Positions 37,530 through 49,690 of a DNA stretch of 64,000 nt are shown here, in pieces. Within the stretch, counting starts at the first letter, position 1. Every line of letters begins with the position of its first letter. The notes below the pieces were generated by a model. That model was not told the origin of the DNA. It was given only the letters and a program-made list of their open reading frames with translations, and did not search any database. Position numbers and translations under genes: made by a program. The DNA is from Lepidodermella squamata (Eukaryota > Animalia > Gastrotricha), in the NCBI GenBank assembly GCA_047495785.1, contig JBLDXI010000031.1:868001-932000 (forward strand). Direction: 5' to 3'.

Positions 37530-40500
37530 ATGTTTCGCCATATGGCTTCTTCAAATGCTCTACTCTTGCTTCAGGTTTGCTCATGTTATTCTGAGCTGAT
37601 CGATCCTCTGTTATTCCTGCCATTCGACCGTCAATCACAGACGAGCGACATAAGCCGCAGATCCAGGAAGCTGAGCAACGAACCTCTAGTCCTATCGAAA
37701 ACAATCGCTGGCCCTTTCGGATACCTTCAAACATCGGCTAGCGTTGCATTCACATCAGTTGCGATCGGCCTATACGAACTGCCAACCACGCAACAACCAG
37801 ATTACAGTATTTGCTTGTTTTTCCTTTTCGACTCATTAGAGTCAAAAGATCTTAAGGAATTTGGCGTATTCAGCTACGAAAGATTGGACTGGAATCTAAG
37901 CGTGTCCCTCAATCTAACGAACCAAAAGCTTTCTCTTGCAACATCGGACAGCTGGCCAAACGCTTTGTGGGAAAGCCGTTCCTTGAGCAGAGGGAAGTAC
38001 TACTTTCTTGGATTGTCTGCAATCAAAGGTTATGGCTTAAGCGTATCAATCAGTGAGGAGCCCGATTACACAGTGCTGGAGACTAACGGCCCTTTCCGAG
38101 TTCAAGATGCAGCGACTCAATTGAAGCCGAAGCTTCACATTGGCCGATCACCGTCCGGCTTGACGACTCAAGAGGTGTTTTCTTGCGTTTTAGCATATGA
38201 TGCTGGTCTTTCGAATGAGCAGTTTTTGGAGGTTATCGAACTATGCTCGAATAACCATGAAAACGCCTCCTTGAAACAACCAGGTATTTTATTTCAAAAT
38301 TTTCACAGAGATTTCGTATTAAATTTTACTTTCAGCAAATATATTTGGGACTTATTACATGCAAGACGAATGGCGTCCGTCACATGAAGTCAAGCCTAGT
38401 GGGAGCCGCTGGATATTGGACGATAAAGCGAGCAATGAGGTTCTGTTACCGTTGTTTGAAGTTTAAGGTCTGAGATTCAGTCCTTTCTTTCAATAGCTTT
38501 CGGCTCTATTCAAATCTGCTGGAATCCAACCCATGCTATTTTACATTGGAAGCATAAATATTTGGCCGTATAGCAGCAGTTGCGGTGCTCAAACTTGCAA
38601 CCGCGCAGCAGTCACATATCTTGCCCCGGTATATCTGCCCGTGAAATACGCTCAGAACATAACGGAAAGAATGCTTTGCCGCCAATTTGAAAAACAAATC
38701 GGCTCCAATAGTCTTAAAATTCTGTCTATCGGCTTGGGTAATGAATGCCTATCGTATCAAGTTTTCATTACGTTCCTTATCCCATTAAAGACATCCCGTT
38801 CAGGAAACCTTTCTCGCTGATCGCGCATTGGCCATTGAACAAAGCAAATGGACTGATTGATAGAGGACCACGTCGGCTTCGGGATGAGAAGCCCGCAGTT
38901 GCAGAGTATGTGAATGGACCTTTTGCTTCGAAAGAAACAGCGGTGAAGATAACTACATTTCTGCTGATCGTCGGAGAAGACTTATCACATCCCATCGATT
39001 CCGGTTATACTATCTCGTTTTTCCTCCGGAAATCACCCGAGAAGCAATATCGAACAATGCTGGAGCTGGCATCGTGGGATTTTAAGATTTGGGTTGATGA
39101 AAAGGCAGAAATCAACGTTCGCATTCAAGACAAAAAACATCAGCTAAAGTCACTCGCAATTGACAACGAATGGATTTTTCTAGCTTTTGTGAGTAACGTC
39201 CATGGCTTCTATGTGTACAACCTATTCGGCACTGTTTATCACAAGAAGGGAGCAAGCTTTTCACCTTTCGGTAGATTCGAAATGAAACTAAACGGGAATG
39301 GGCTTGATGCAATGGCTTGTCTATCAATCTATCGTGAACCTCTGGGGCCTGATGACTTGCTCCAGGTTTATGACGGTTGTCGGCAAGATATATCGAATCA
39401 ATTGTCTGGCCAAGCCAATATCGCGATCGGATTACCACCTACACCGTATCCCACGTTGTATGGAACTATGCCTGCAGATTCCGATCAGTTCCCATTCTTC
39501 AAAAAGATCGATTTCGGATATAAATCGTGCATTACAGCAATGTTAGACGAGCGGCACTACATATTGCCTCAAAGTTGTCTGAGCCTCCTATGTGGGGCTA
39601 TTTCATGGTCATTCAATATCCTCGGATCACAAAATGGGTTATCGATTGTCAGAATGGTTCATCCAAACGACATTGGCGAAGATGGACGTAATAACATCGG
39701 GCTATTCACGAAGCTAGCTGGTTTGGATCTCATATGGCATCATTACGTCTACGTTTTAGGCCACGAAAAGCCGAGAGAAAGTCAGCAAGTCGAATTTTCC
39801 GCGGATTTGGATTCCAATAACAAGATTGATTGCATCGATGAAAAAAGCTACCAATATTCTTCTGGTTTGATAACGGTGGATGAACCCGGCTGCGATAACG
39901 ATCTGTACCTTTGTTTCGTTCCAACTGTGGGCGAAAAATTCTCGGCCTGCAACCTGAGTGAAGGAGCCACGCTCTCGTTTGCTGCAACTGCCGACCTCGT
40001 AACACCAGTTTGGCCTCGTCTGCTCCTCGTAAGTTGGCTTTGAGCCCCCGGAAAATCTCATCAAATGCACCGAACATTATCTCACAGGCTGGCATGTATT
40101 TAAGAGAAGGCAATTGTGAATCAGCGAAATATGTGAAATTCGTCAATCTCATTCGATTGAACTATTGGATACAGCAAACGATCGCCTGCAGCTCGCTATC
40201 TGTAAGCGGCATGTCATGTCCAGGTGATTTGAGCGACACAACCGGAAATACTACACTTGACTTAGAGGAGGAGGAAGTGGAGGAAGAAAACTCTACGCTG
40301 GTCTTCACTCCGGTGAAAATAGAAATATCGACAAATAATCCAGAAATTCTAGCCTCCTCAACAGCTACGGCGATTATGGTTGTAGCGCCTGAGTCTGAGA
40401 TTCCGGGAGGTGATTTCCAAAATATTTTAGAGAATCTCAAAGGCTGAATTAATTCTTCTTCATTCAGGTAGGATCGCCCTCATAGTGGTCTCTACAACCG

Positions 40501-41625
40501 GAGCTATCGCTTTCGTCCTCGTCGGAGTGGCATTTTACTGCTTGTGTAGATTGCGAAGAAAGGCGAGAGCTTCGATGCAAAAAATGATAGACAAGAACCC
40601 CAGGAAATCTATGTACATCACTGCATTTTTCGATTTCCAGCAAATGCTCGAAATGACACCGGAAGGTCGAGATCTTGTTCCTCTCATCAAGGAACTTCAT
40701 ATTCAAAGCTGCTTGATAGAATGTGCCGATTTAGTAGGGCAGGGCTATTTCGGAGCTGTTCACAGAGGGGTCTTACGCAAGCCTGAATGCGACGCTGAGC
40801 TGGTCGCTCTTAAAACAATTCTTCCAGGGACCTGTAAAGACGTGGTTTCGTTTGTTCGGGAAGCCTTGCTGATGAAAGAGTTTGACCATGTAAACATCTT
40901 GCCTTTGATCGGAATTGCTTCGCTGGATGGCCAACCTAACATTGTGGTCCCATTCATGGAAAAAGGCAGCTTGAACCGCCATCTCAACTCTTTTGAGCCA
41001 GAATTATGGGAATATGAACAGCTCATCGACTTCGCTAAGCAAATTTGCCAGGGGATGGTTTACCTCTCATCACGTAACTGCCTCCACAGAGATCTGGCTT
41101 GCCGCAACATTTTGGTGTCTGACAATGAAGTTTTGAAAATCTCAGACTTCGGCTTGTCTCGCGTTGTCTCACCTGACCAGCTTTACTATCGATCAAGTGA
41201 TGTGGGTGCCTCTATGATACCGACCAGATGGTACCCGCCCGAGTCATTGTGCAGTCAAGTATTTTTGGCAAAAAGCGATGTTTGGTCTTACGGAGTTGTT
41301 GTTTGGGAAATCTTCTCGCGTGAGTTGTGAATTTCATTCGTTGTTGTTGTTGTTATCACTCTTTATTCCTCAGTTTGCAGGGAAGAGCCGTACGCGGGCT
41401 TGAACAACTTTGAAGTTATTGTACAAGTGTCAAATGGATTGAGGCTGAAGAAACCCGACATTTGTCCACATAAAATGTTTGATCGTGAACCATCATTTTC
41501 CTACATAGAAATTGTTAACATTTCTGTCTTCCAGTTACGAATCTGTCATCCTACCTTGTTGGCGTTGCCCAGAAACCGAACGCGCTTCATTCGCAGAGCT
41601 GGCTGAAATTCTTGGGAATAACTAG
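37530..41625 (+). CDS. Receptor tyrosine kinase copy 3, apparently intact, 8 exons
   Basis: All splice junctions in phase; signal peptide, two LamG-like domains, SEA-like module, pseudo-trypsin, TM (IVVSTTGAIAFVLVGVAFYCLC), kinase GQGYFG/ALK/HRDLACRN/DFG/DVWSYG, terminal CWRCPETER exon. Confidence 0.9.
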
Positions 41626-41920
41626 TCAAGGAAATTTGAAATTTGGAAAGCTAACCAGCTCGCCTGTGGCTTCGTCGTTTTTGCTTCAAAGTCTCACCAT
41701 AGGCACAGCTTTAGCTATTTTTCTCAGTTTTTGTCAGTTTTTGCCAATCTGCTGTGCGGATCTTAGCAACCTAGTTTTGCTGCTTGCGAATAAATTTCCT
41801 TGCGAAATTGATTTTAATGATTTTCGTTCAAGAGGGGTATTCATTGTGTCTCGAAAATTCGCAAATGTCGAAAGAATAACATCAATAAAAGATTTGGAGC
41901 AAAGGTAATTTTAAGGGAAT

Positions 41921-42637
41921 TTGTTCTCCCACGAAACTACTGAAATCTACTATGCCGTATCTGAAGCAAAGGTTCATGGCATTTCGACCGAGAGCAGGAT
42001 CATAGAAACAAGCTGTGTAGACGGATTCCAACTAGCTTTCTTCCCTTTCGACAAGCTGAGCTGTACTATCAAGTTGCGAACAAGTAACCCGAATAGCTTC
42101 GAGCACTTTGAATCTGTTGATTATAAGCCTAATTTCAACACCCTCTTAGGCCCCTCAGACGTTTGGATACCATTAAGTGAAGGATTCACAGCAAACATCA
42201 CAGAAATAGACGGCTTCGATGTAATGATTTTTAACTTGTTATTCGATAGGAAGCCTTGGTACTATGCAAACGGTTGTTTTGCTCATGATTCTTCAGCTGA
42301 GTTCTTTGATCATTGACCCAGGCTGTTCGGATAGATCAACTTACGGCGTTACTGTAGTGCTCGCTTTTTCAGTCGTTTTTGCCAAAATTTTTGCGACAAT
42401 GCCTAAAACTTCTGAAACTGTTTATCTGGCAGTTATGGTTGAAGTTCAAATTGCAATGTGCGTCTTCATTACGGGTTACTCATTGATTGCGTCTGTTTTG
42501 ACTGGAACACAAAGGCGAAAATTTGTGGCTTGAGCCGGATTAGGATTTTGGATTTCAGCATCACTTTCCTCACTACAGCGGCTTTGGTTATTGTGAATTA
42601 CCATTTCCTAGTCAAAATGATTTATCGGATTGAATAA
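41921..42637 (+). pseudogene. Cys-loop ligand-gated ion channel remnant
   Basis: C...FFPFD..C loop, RKPWYY before M1, M2 DRSTYGVTVVLAFSV, MPKTSE loop; N-terminus missing, frameshifts near 42265 and 42530. Confidence 0.75.
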
Positions 42638-42643
42638 AAAAAT

Positions 42644-42743
42644 TGCTCCAGGCGAGGCTCGAACTCGCGACCTTCGCATAACTCAGCGTACAATCAAGTA
42701 CTGCTTATAAGTACGACGCACTAACCAACTATGCAACTGGAGC
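42644..42743 (-). tRNA. tRNA-Ile(TAT) with intron, copy 3
   Basis: Identical 100 nt to copies 1 and 2. Confidence 0.95.
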
Positions 42744-42965
42744 GGATGAACGACAAGCTCCTTAAATAAAATATGAATCAGTCAAACTTTTTACTTTTTC
42801 GATTTTTGAACAATTATTCAGCATATTATAAGGCATAGTTGCGTAGAATTATGAACAGTGATGATGTAGAGATCGACAATGATGAGGAGATTTTCTCGAA
42901 AATATTACAACAAAAATACAATAATGATTGTCCTAGATCTGCATAAAACAAAGAAATACTGTAAC

Positions 42966-44811
42966 CTATCTCTCTCCATAGTTGATCGAATCGAGATCTG
43001 AGCCGTTTTTTGATTGGGTACCTGCTGGTGAAGATGAGTTTCGATCTAGAGGAGACGAGCAACGTGCAAGTAAATTTCGCTCGAAAATCTTCGGCAACCG
43101 GTCTAGAATTGGATTGTTGTAGCAATATCTCTGCATGTACTGATCCCGAGTAATCGCTTTGTCTAAAATCAAAGAATAAAAAGACGCATCTCTGTAAATT
43201 TAATCCATTACCTAATATATAAGCCATCCCATCTATTCGAATCGTCACACCTCTTCGGCCAGACATACCGCCAAAAAGTAGGAAACTACCTGGAGATGCT
43301 CCTTCAGATCTGTCTTTTGAAAGAGACATTCCAGGTTTGACTCCGCTTGAAACAGTTGTAGTCGAACTTGCTGCTCCATCGTTGTGGTAATCCGAGGCGA
43401 GTTGGCCAATTTCAGTATCACCCATAGGAGTAGGAATCACGGACGAACTAACTGCGACGATATTTCTCGTAATTTCGTTCACCAGAACCACGTGGCCTGT
43501 AACTTGAGGCTGGTGCGATGAGTTTAACCTAGTTAGCTGGACATAACCCAGGTAATACTCATCGCGGAAAGGTAGGAACAAAGATGCGTCTCTAACTGCA
43601 AGTTGGGCTCCTCCTAGGTTGAAAGGTCGTGGTAACTGAGGCGCGACTGTAGTATCAAGCCTGCATTGAAGATACCTATCCGAACTTATCACCTGAGATT
43701 TTCCATTCACGAAAAAACACGCCAGAGTTTGAAGGGGTAGTACACTGAATACGAAATTGAGTTTTTGCTCACGTTTGCCTAACGTGACTACAACCCATGG
43801 TGTCCAAGTTGGCGCGATGAATTTCCAATTTTTCGAAACAAAAGCTGGTAACTTGATGACAACCCTCACATTTCGAGTTACGTCCCATAAATACGGGTAG
43901 TGCACTGTATCAGTTACAGCATCGACCGCTAATAAGGAGACATAAGGCTCGCCATTCAGTGTGAAAGCAGTTGGATGGGCTGGGTATAATTTAGACGTAG
44001 CAGCTTCCGGTATGCCAAGAAGCCTTCCGGAGTTTTCAACAGGATGCAGGGATGAAACGTCAAGCATAGTCGTGTAGACAAAACGATTCGCGGCGTTGTG
44101 TTCGTTTTCAGTCTGGTTCCTCGAGTCCTCATTAATCTCTCCGTCATAAGGCGACTGGAAAATATTTGAACGAGTGATTTGCAATGAGATCGCGCAGAAA
44201 GCCACGTTTTCGGATGAAGAACTCTTCGTCCCTACAAAGGAATACTCCATTGGCGCTACTAAATGAGCGCATGAGACCTTTTTGAGGCGGATTGATACCA
44301 ACAGTTGAGCTGCATCGTCGATCATTTGCCTAACATGGCGAGTGACGTAAGGCCCTAAAGAGCCAGCTTCTGATAAACCAATTATCGCATCCTGTTCATC
44401 CGGAGGTCCTGAAACACCTTGGGAACAGTCATCCGTGAAACTAGGTATCATTGCTAGGCAAACCAGATGGCGAGTTGCGTTTTCGAATGCGTAGTTCGGT
44501 ATGCCTCTAGGTAGGTTTGAGCGGTAAATAGGCGCGTTTTGTGACGAAGCACCGTCGAATAAATCGATAAGGGCTGATGATACAACGAAAACGATAAGGA
44601 TAACACCGGTACAACCGACCATAGCAATCACGCAGGGCGAGTCGGTTCGAGTCTGGCGGACTCGCATCATCCACTGCTGGCGGTAGGCTGCATCTGAGTC
44701 GTCGTAGGGTACTGTTGTAGGCTGAGGGCATGTTGCGGTCACATCTCGCGGAGTGAGTGGCGTAGATCGGAAGAACCTTCGATGGTTTTTATGGACGTTC
44801 AGAGTCGGCAT
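42966..44811 (-). CDS. Type II membrane protein, possibly a degenerate five-bladed beta-propeller / beta-1,2-mannosyltransferase (GT91)-like protein
   Basis: TM near the N-terminus; SKNWKF...FVFSVLPLQTLAC...C resembles EKNW.PF...FVYS..P..vL.C; a 49-bp intron at 43211-43163 gives a different C-terminus from the raw ORF. Confidence 0.55.
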
Positions 44812-46630
44812 AGTTTCTAAATTAAATGCGTCTAAAAACTGTACAAATATAGTGATTGAGGGCACTTGAAAGCAATCTATTTTTAGATGGATCGGAATTT
44901 ATTTATTCATTTATAACACCCAAGAGAAGGAAACTCGAAATAGTTTGAAATCGAACGGAAACATATGATTGCAGGACAGTTACAACGGACAAAGGCAAAT
45001 GCGTGCGGGATAGAAAAATTTGGAAAAATTCCAACTTAGCAAAAGATGAATCATGCACTTCGACCCAGCATGGCATGCTTGCTGAGAACTCAGATGGAAA
45101 ATAGGGAGCGAGTGGGAAGACAGAACTGGTTAGGGTAAGGAAAATCGACAAAAGAGTCCCTCCTTTGGTCTATGACTGAGTTCACCTTGCGGACCTCTTG
45201 AACAGGCAGGGAAGATCCCTACCATCCTAGCGTTACTTCGCTCTCTGCCTAAATCCTAACACTAGTGAGAGAATTCGAGAATCGTGAAGAATTCGCGTTG
45301 ATAAATCCGGCTGTGGAAGACTCTTTCAAGTACAGAAGGAAGTATTCAAATTTGGCAAATGCTCTCATCAATCCAATAATGTCCCATTCACAATAATCTA
45401 CCACAGAAAACTAGGTAAAGGCAGTCCCAATTCCAGGTAACCGAATAGACTTGTTGACGTTCGGCGTCTGAAATCGCCGGTGAAATGCGATGCGTGACGC
45501 ACAGGTGCAGCGGCTATTTTGTTATCACAACGAGAAATATCATAGCACGCGCGCATTTTTACGCGGATTAGCTGCCCAATCACTTGCGTGAGCGGCTACT
45601 CGAGTGAAATAACACAATTGCGCACGCGTATATTTAGCAATAAATAGCTCTCTCAAGCCGTCGTCCGTCGTTGGTATCATCGCGACAACAAAACATATGC
45701 ATCTTGTTTTTTAGCTGCAAAAATGCTAAATTGTTGCGCGATTATTTTTCGCGCGCACCACATACTCTCGGCATCATTAATATAATATTATGCCACTGAA
45801 GCGCTCGCATGCGCATGTGAGTGATATTTATCCGATAATATACCTTCGTTGATGATTAAGGCGGTCCCACTGGGAGATAAGCGCGTGCGTTTTGATTCAA
45901 TAAAATTTTGTGGCGACTAAATAGCCGCTCGTTGCGTTATTAGCATCTGCCGCGAATTGATAGGCCTCTATTAACAAAATTATTATTATTTTATTTCAGC
46001 TGCCCGCTGTGCGATTTCACAAGAGCGTTATTAGTAGTGACGCGCCGTGCCGTGGCGCTCTATATAATAAATTAGCGCGGGGATGAAATGCTGAAAATAA
46101 TATTTTCACATTTTATGCGCATAACAGTAGTAGTTGGTCAGCTTATTTTTTTCTTGAGATTTTCTCGCACTTCATTTCAAGTATTGACTTAACGAGCAAT
46201 ATCGCACGCAGTGCAAGTTATGATTATTAATTCCGGTGTGGGCTGCTGAAAACTTGAATTAAAAATTATAATTGCTTGAGTAAATAAGGGATTATGTATA
46301 TGAAAAAATGATGAAGCGGAAGTTTGTTTACTTCCAGCGACGTTAGGACAATGTCTGGCGTTGCATTGTTGGCGGGTGGTTACGATGGAAATTCTTGAAC
46401 TTTGAGTCTGAGGGAATAGATCGAACTGTACTTAATTCTGCAAAACAACGGTGGGAAATAAGGGTCGAAAGCCTAAACCGCTTTATTAATCAAGTCAATC
46501 ATAGCAAGCTCGTAAAATTCTTTGGTGACTGACCTTTGATCTTACGATACTAATGATGAAAAGCAAAAGCCACATCTTGAATAATATCATGGTAAATCGC
46601 TGCTACTTCCTGTGGGAATATTGGTTAAAA

Positions 46631-47224
46631 CTACTGCTCAAACATTTCAGAGTCCATCGATTCTCCTTCCTCCGTGTTTGAAAATAGTTCAGTCCCGTCT
46701 TCGCCAGCCTTCGAATCATCTGAATCATTTTCGCGTTTATTCTGATAACAGTTTGGTTCAACTTTTGCTTCAAGCGTATTACCTCCTCGAGCACGCTCAT
46801 AATTGAAACCTCGGGTGATCAGTATGTGCCAGTTATAATACTTGAACGATATGTTGTCCTTCTCCCATTTCTTCATTTCCTCCTTCAAACCATCGCGAAT
46901 AACCATGGCTTCCCTCTCAGTCAGAAGGGCAGTGCAAAAGTAGTCGGCAGTTTGCTCGTCAATTTTGAACCAATTCTCATGGCCTGTTATCCACTTGCGG
47001 ATGTCAGTCATTACATTGCTTCGATTATTCTTAATCGTTTTTTTCTCTGCCTCAAACATCGCCGCTTCTAATGAATTTAATAGCTTCTTCTTCGAACAAG
47101 GTTGAATGAAGAAATGAGTTTTCTCCGGGAGATAATCCAATTTTCTGCAGTGTTCATTTACTGCTTCGACTGGGATTGTATCGTCCGCCATTACTCTTTC
47201 TCGCATTAGGTTTCCTTTAGACAC
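46631..47224 (-). CDS. Hypothetical 197-aa ORF, unrecognised, possibly part of a repeat
   Basis: Intronless open frame with protein-like composition; no motif recognised. Confidence 0.3.
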   Translation of the reverse strand: MSKGNLMRERVMADDTIPVEAVNEHCRKLDYLPEKTHFFIQPCSKKKLLNSLEAAMFEAEKKTIKNNRSNVMTDIRKWITGHENWFKIDEQTADYFCTALLTEREAMVIRDGLKEEMKKWEKDNISFKYYNWHILITRGFNYERARGGNTLEAKVEPNCYQNKRENDSDDSKAGEDGTELFSNTEEGESMDSEMFEQ

Positions 47225-47878
47225 AAATATTCCCTCTCTTCATCGCCTGTCCAGTCGCGAATCGCGAAGATAAGCGTTATCTTCTTGGACAAATTTTACC
47301 AAGAAAGCGACTGAGTTTTTCCCGGAATAAAAGAAACTGTATACTTCAAGTACCGATATTATCTATGTCCAATTTTTTGTATCAAGTCGGAATTTTATAA
47401 TATGATTAGCTGTGTTCTCTAGAATCACTTAGATGATGCTTCAAATCACTGCCACTGCAGCCTTGCTTATAGTGAATGCGTAGAGTAGTGGCGAAAAAAC
47501 GCTAATTGCCATAAGCACAGCCCACGGCCGTCCAACCGTCTCGATAGCGCCGCTCTAGCCATCCATCTTCACGTTACAAGCAGTGGCTATATTACCACAA
47601 GAAGCCGTCTATTAATTACTAATTCACACGTAAGACCGTCTTAGCCACTTGGCGTAGATGAGTCGAAAAACAAGTGAAAAAATTCTACGGCGGACGGTTC
47701 GCCGGCCCGGTGCAATTAGTTGATGAAAAAAAGAAAGAATATAAGTGATTTCGACAGAAATTAGATGAAATTTATTCAATATGTCCTCGTGGTAAACAAC
47801 AATTGCAAGCACACTTAACAATAAATTAAACGGGATGGCACATGTAGGATATCTAGGTTGGAAGGTGAAAGGCGGCCG

Positions 47879-48583
47879 TTACCAGAGTCGAGCGAGGGCT
47901 AGAAGAGCAGCCGGGATCGCGACTGCAGCCAAGACAACTTGGTTCGACTCAGCGCCGTTGCAGGAATCGACTGTACAGCAGGCTTGATTAAAAAAGAAAC
48001 CATTTCAATCAAATAAAAAGGATGAACGAAAGAATTATGATTGAAGTTCCACTTCATCTTTAGCTCAATTTCGATCGCAGAAAATGTTACTATTTCTATG
48101 AACTATTCCGAAATCACCCTAAGCTTTTCAAGCGAAATAGGATCAGCTCATAAAATCTAATCCGGTTGAAAATCTGGTTAGAGTTTCGCAACTTTAAGAT
48201 CCCTGAAGATCGTGAGTTTCGAAAATCCCGATGCAGCTTTTCTCCGCTCAAGATTTCGTTGTTACCTTACCCCTCTGGTTCCTTAAATCAGGATCTAGCA
48301 GTCAAGTAATTTAGGAAAACTTACCAGTGTATCCATTGGATGAGCCACCTTGCGTGCAGGAAGCTGTACATCCTTTAATAGTGATCGTGGTTGTGCCACT
48401 GGTCAGCGTAGTCTTGTAGCAGTAGCTGTAGCTGCTGGAAGTTCCAGTTCCGCACGAATCAGCCCTCTCTGTGCCGTTGCAGTTCGAGCACTGATAGCAT
48501 GACGAGACGGCGGCTTCCGATTGAACGGCAAAGACAGCGGCCAGGATGAAAACGGCCGAAAGACCTGTGGCAATCATCTTCAT
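47879..48583 (-). CDS. Ly6/uPAR three-finger, GPI-anchored protein (2 exons: 48583-48325, 47982-47879)
   Basis: Signal peptide, CYQC, CYK, KGC, exon 2 CCTVDSCN then a hydrophobic GPI-type tail. Confidence 0.85.
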
Positions 48584-49690
48584 ATTTTAGCCGTAAGTTG
48601 CGCTTTGGTTTTAACAATGATATTGCTTCTCCACTCGAGCACGCTAAAAATGAAAGCTGCGTGCAATCTTAGCGTAAAGTACTACCCCAGTGAAGGAGAT
48701 GACACGCATGTTTTGTTGTTTGTAGCCTTAAATGATGTGAGCGTGACTAATTGAGTTCATCGTCTAATAATAGCCAATATTATCGCCTAATGTGGAGATA
48801 CATAAGATTCAGGAAGTACTTCGGTCAGCAATGTTGGGCCTTGAATCTCAAACAATATCCGCATTTCAATATCAGTTTCCATTTTCTAATCCAAGTCAAT
48901 CATCCAAGTGTGCCAAATATCCTAGGCTGAATCACTTAGGAAATAGCTGTTAGTAAATAAAAAATCAAAGCATATCGTCCATGGTTGTGTAACGCTTGAA
49001 CTTGCTAACCTCTGTTGCCTTCTCACTACGCTTTTCATCAAACCTTAACCCCCTGCGAGAAGAACGATTTCGGAATTTCGACTTTGGTAATTCACAGTTC
49101 CGTTAATTTAACGATTTTTTCATCGTAACTGACTAAATACTACTTTCGGATGTTGCCTACAAGAATCCGAAAGTCAAATTTATTTATTCCTTCCCCTCTC
49201 GGAATACGATCAATTTTAAAATTTCAAACCGATGCTCCTTTTTCTCATTTTTTCAATCGAGTAAAACGATGTCTTGGGTATATTTCCTGGTCTATCTGAC
49301 TTCACAGGCGTTCCGGCAGGGTCCAATTACCTACCCGTTTCATTTTATCGAAATTCCATAACAAAATGACGCACAAGAGCCTGGTTGACTATTTCTACCA
49401 ATTCATCTTGATGAATCCATATTTGAAAAAAATAGCGGGTTTGAAAATTGCAGTGAAATCAGTAACTGGTGCGACATATGCGCATCAGGCCTTAGTGGTT
49501 TCCGATTTTCCGATTGCTTAATTTGCTGGAAATTAAAAAAAATCGATTTTTGTGCTTGGCTGAAACTGAAACAAATTTCGCCGTGAACGAGTTAAGGCCT
49601 TTCATGGTGGCAGCGGGACTCAGTTATCTTTAAATTATTTATTCTTCCTCGATAATTCATTTTAAAATCGATATTGGACTAATTATAGTT

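Noticed and set aside
7262-41330. Naming the kinases MET
   Set aside because: The kinase domain is MET-like, but the Sema/PSI/IPT ectodomain and C-terminal docking tail are absent; orthology cannot be claimed without a tree
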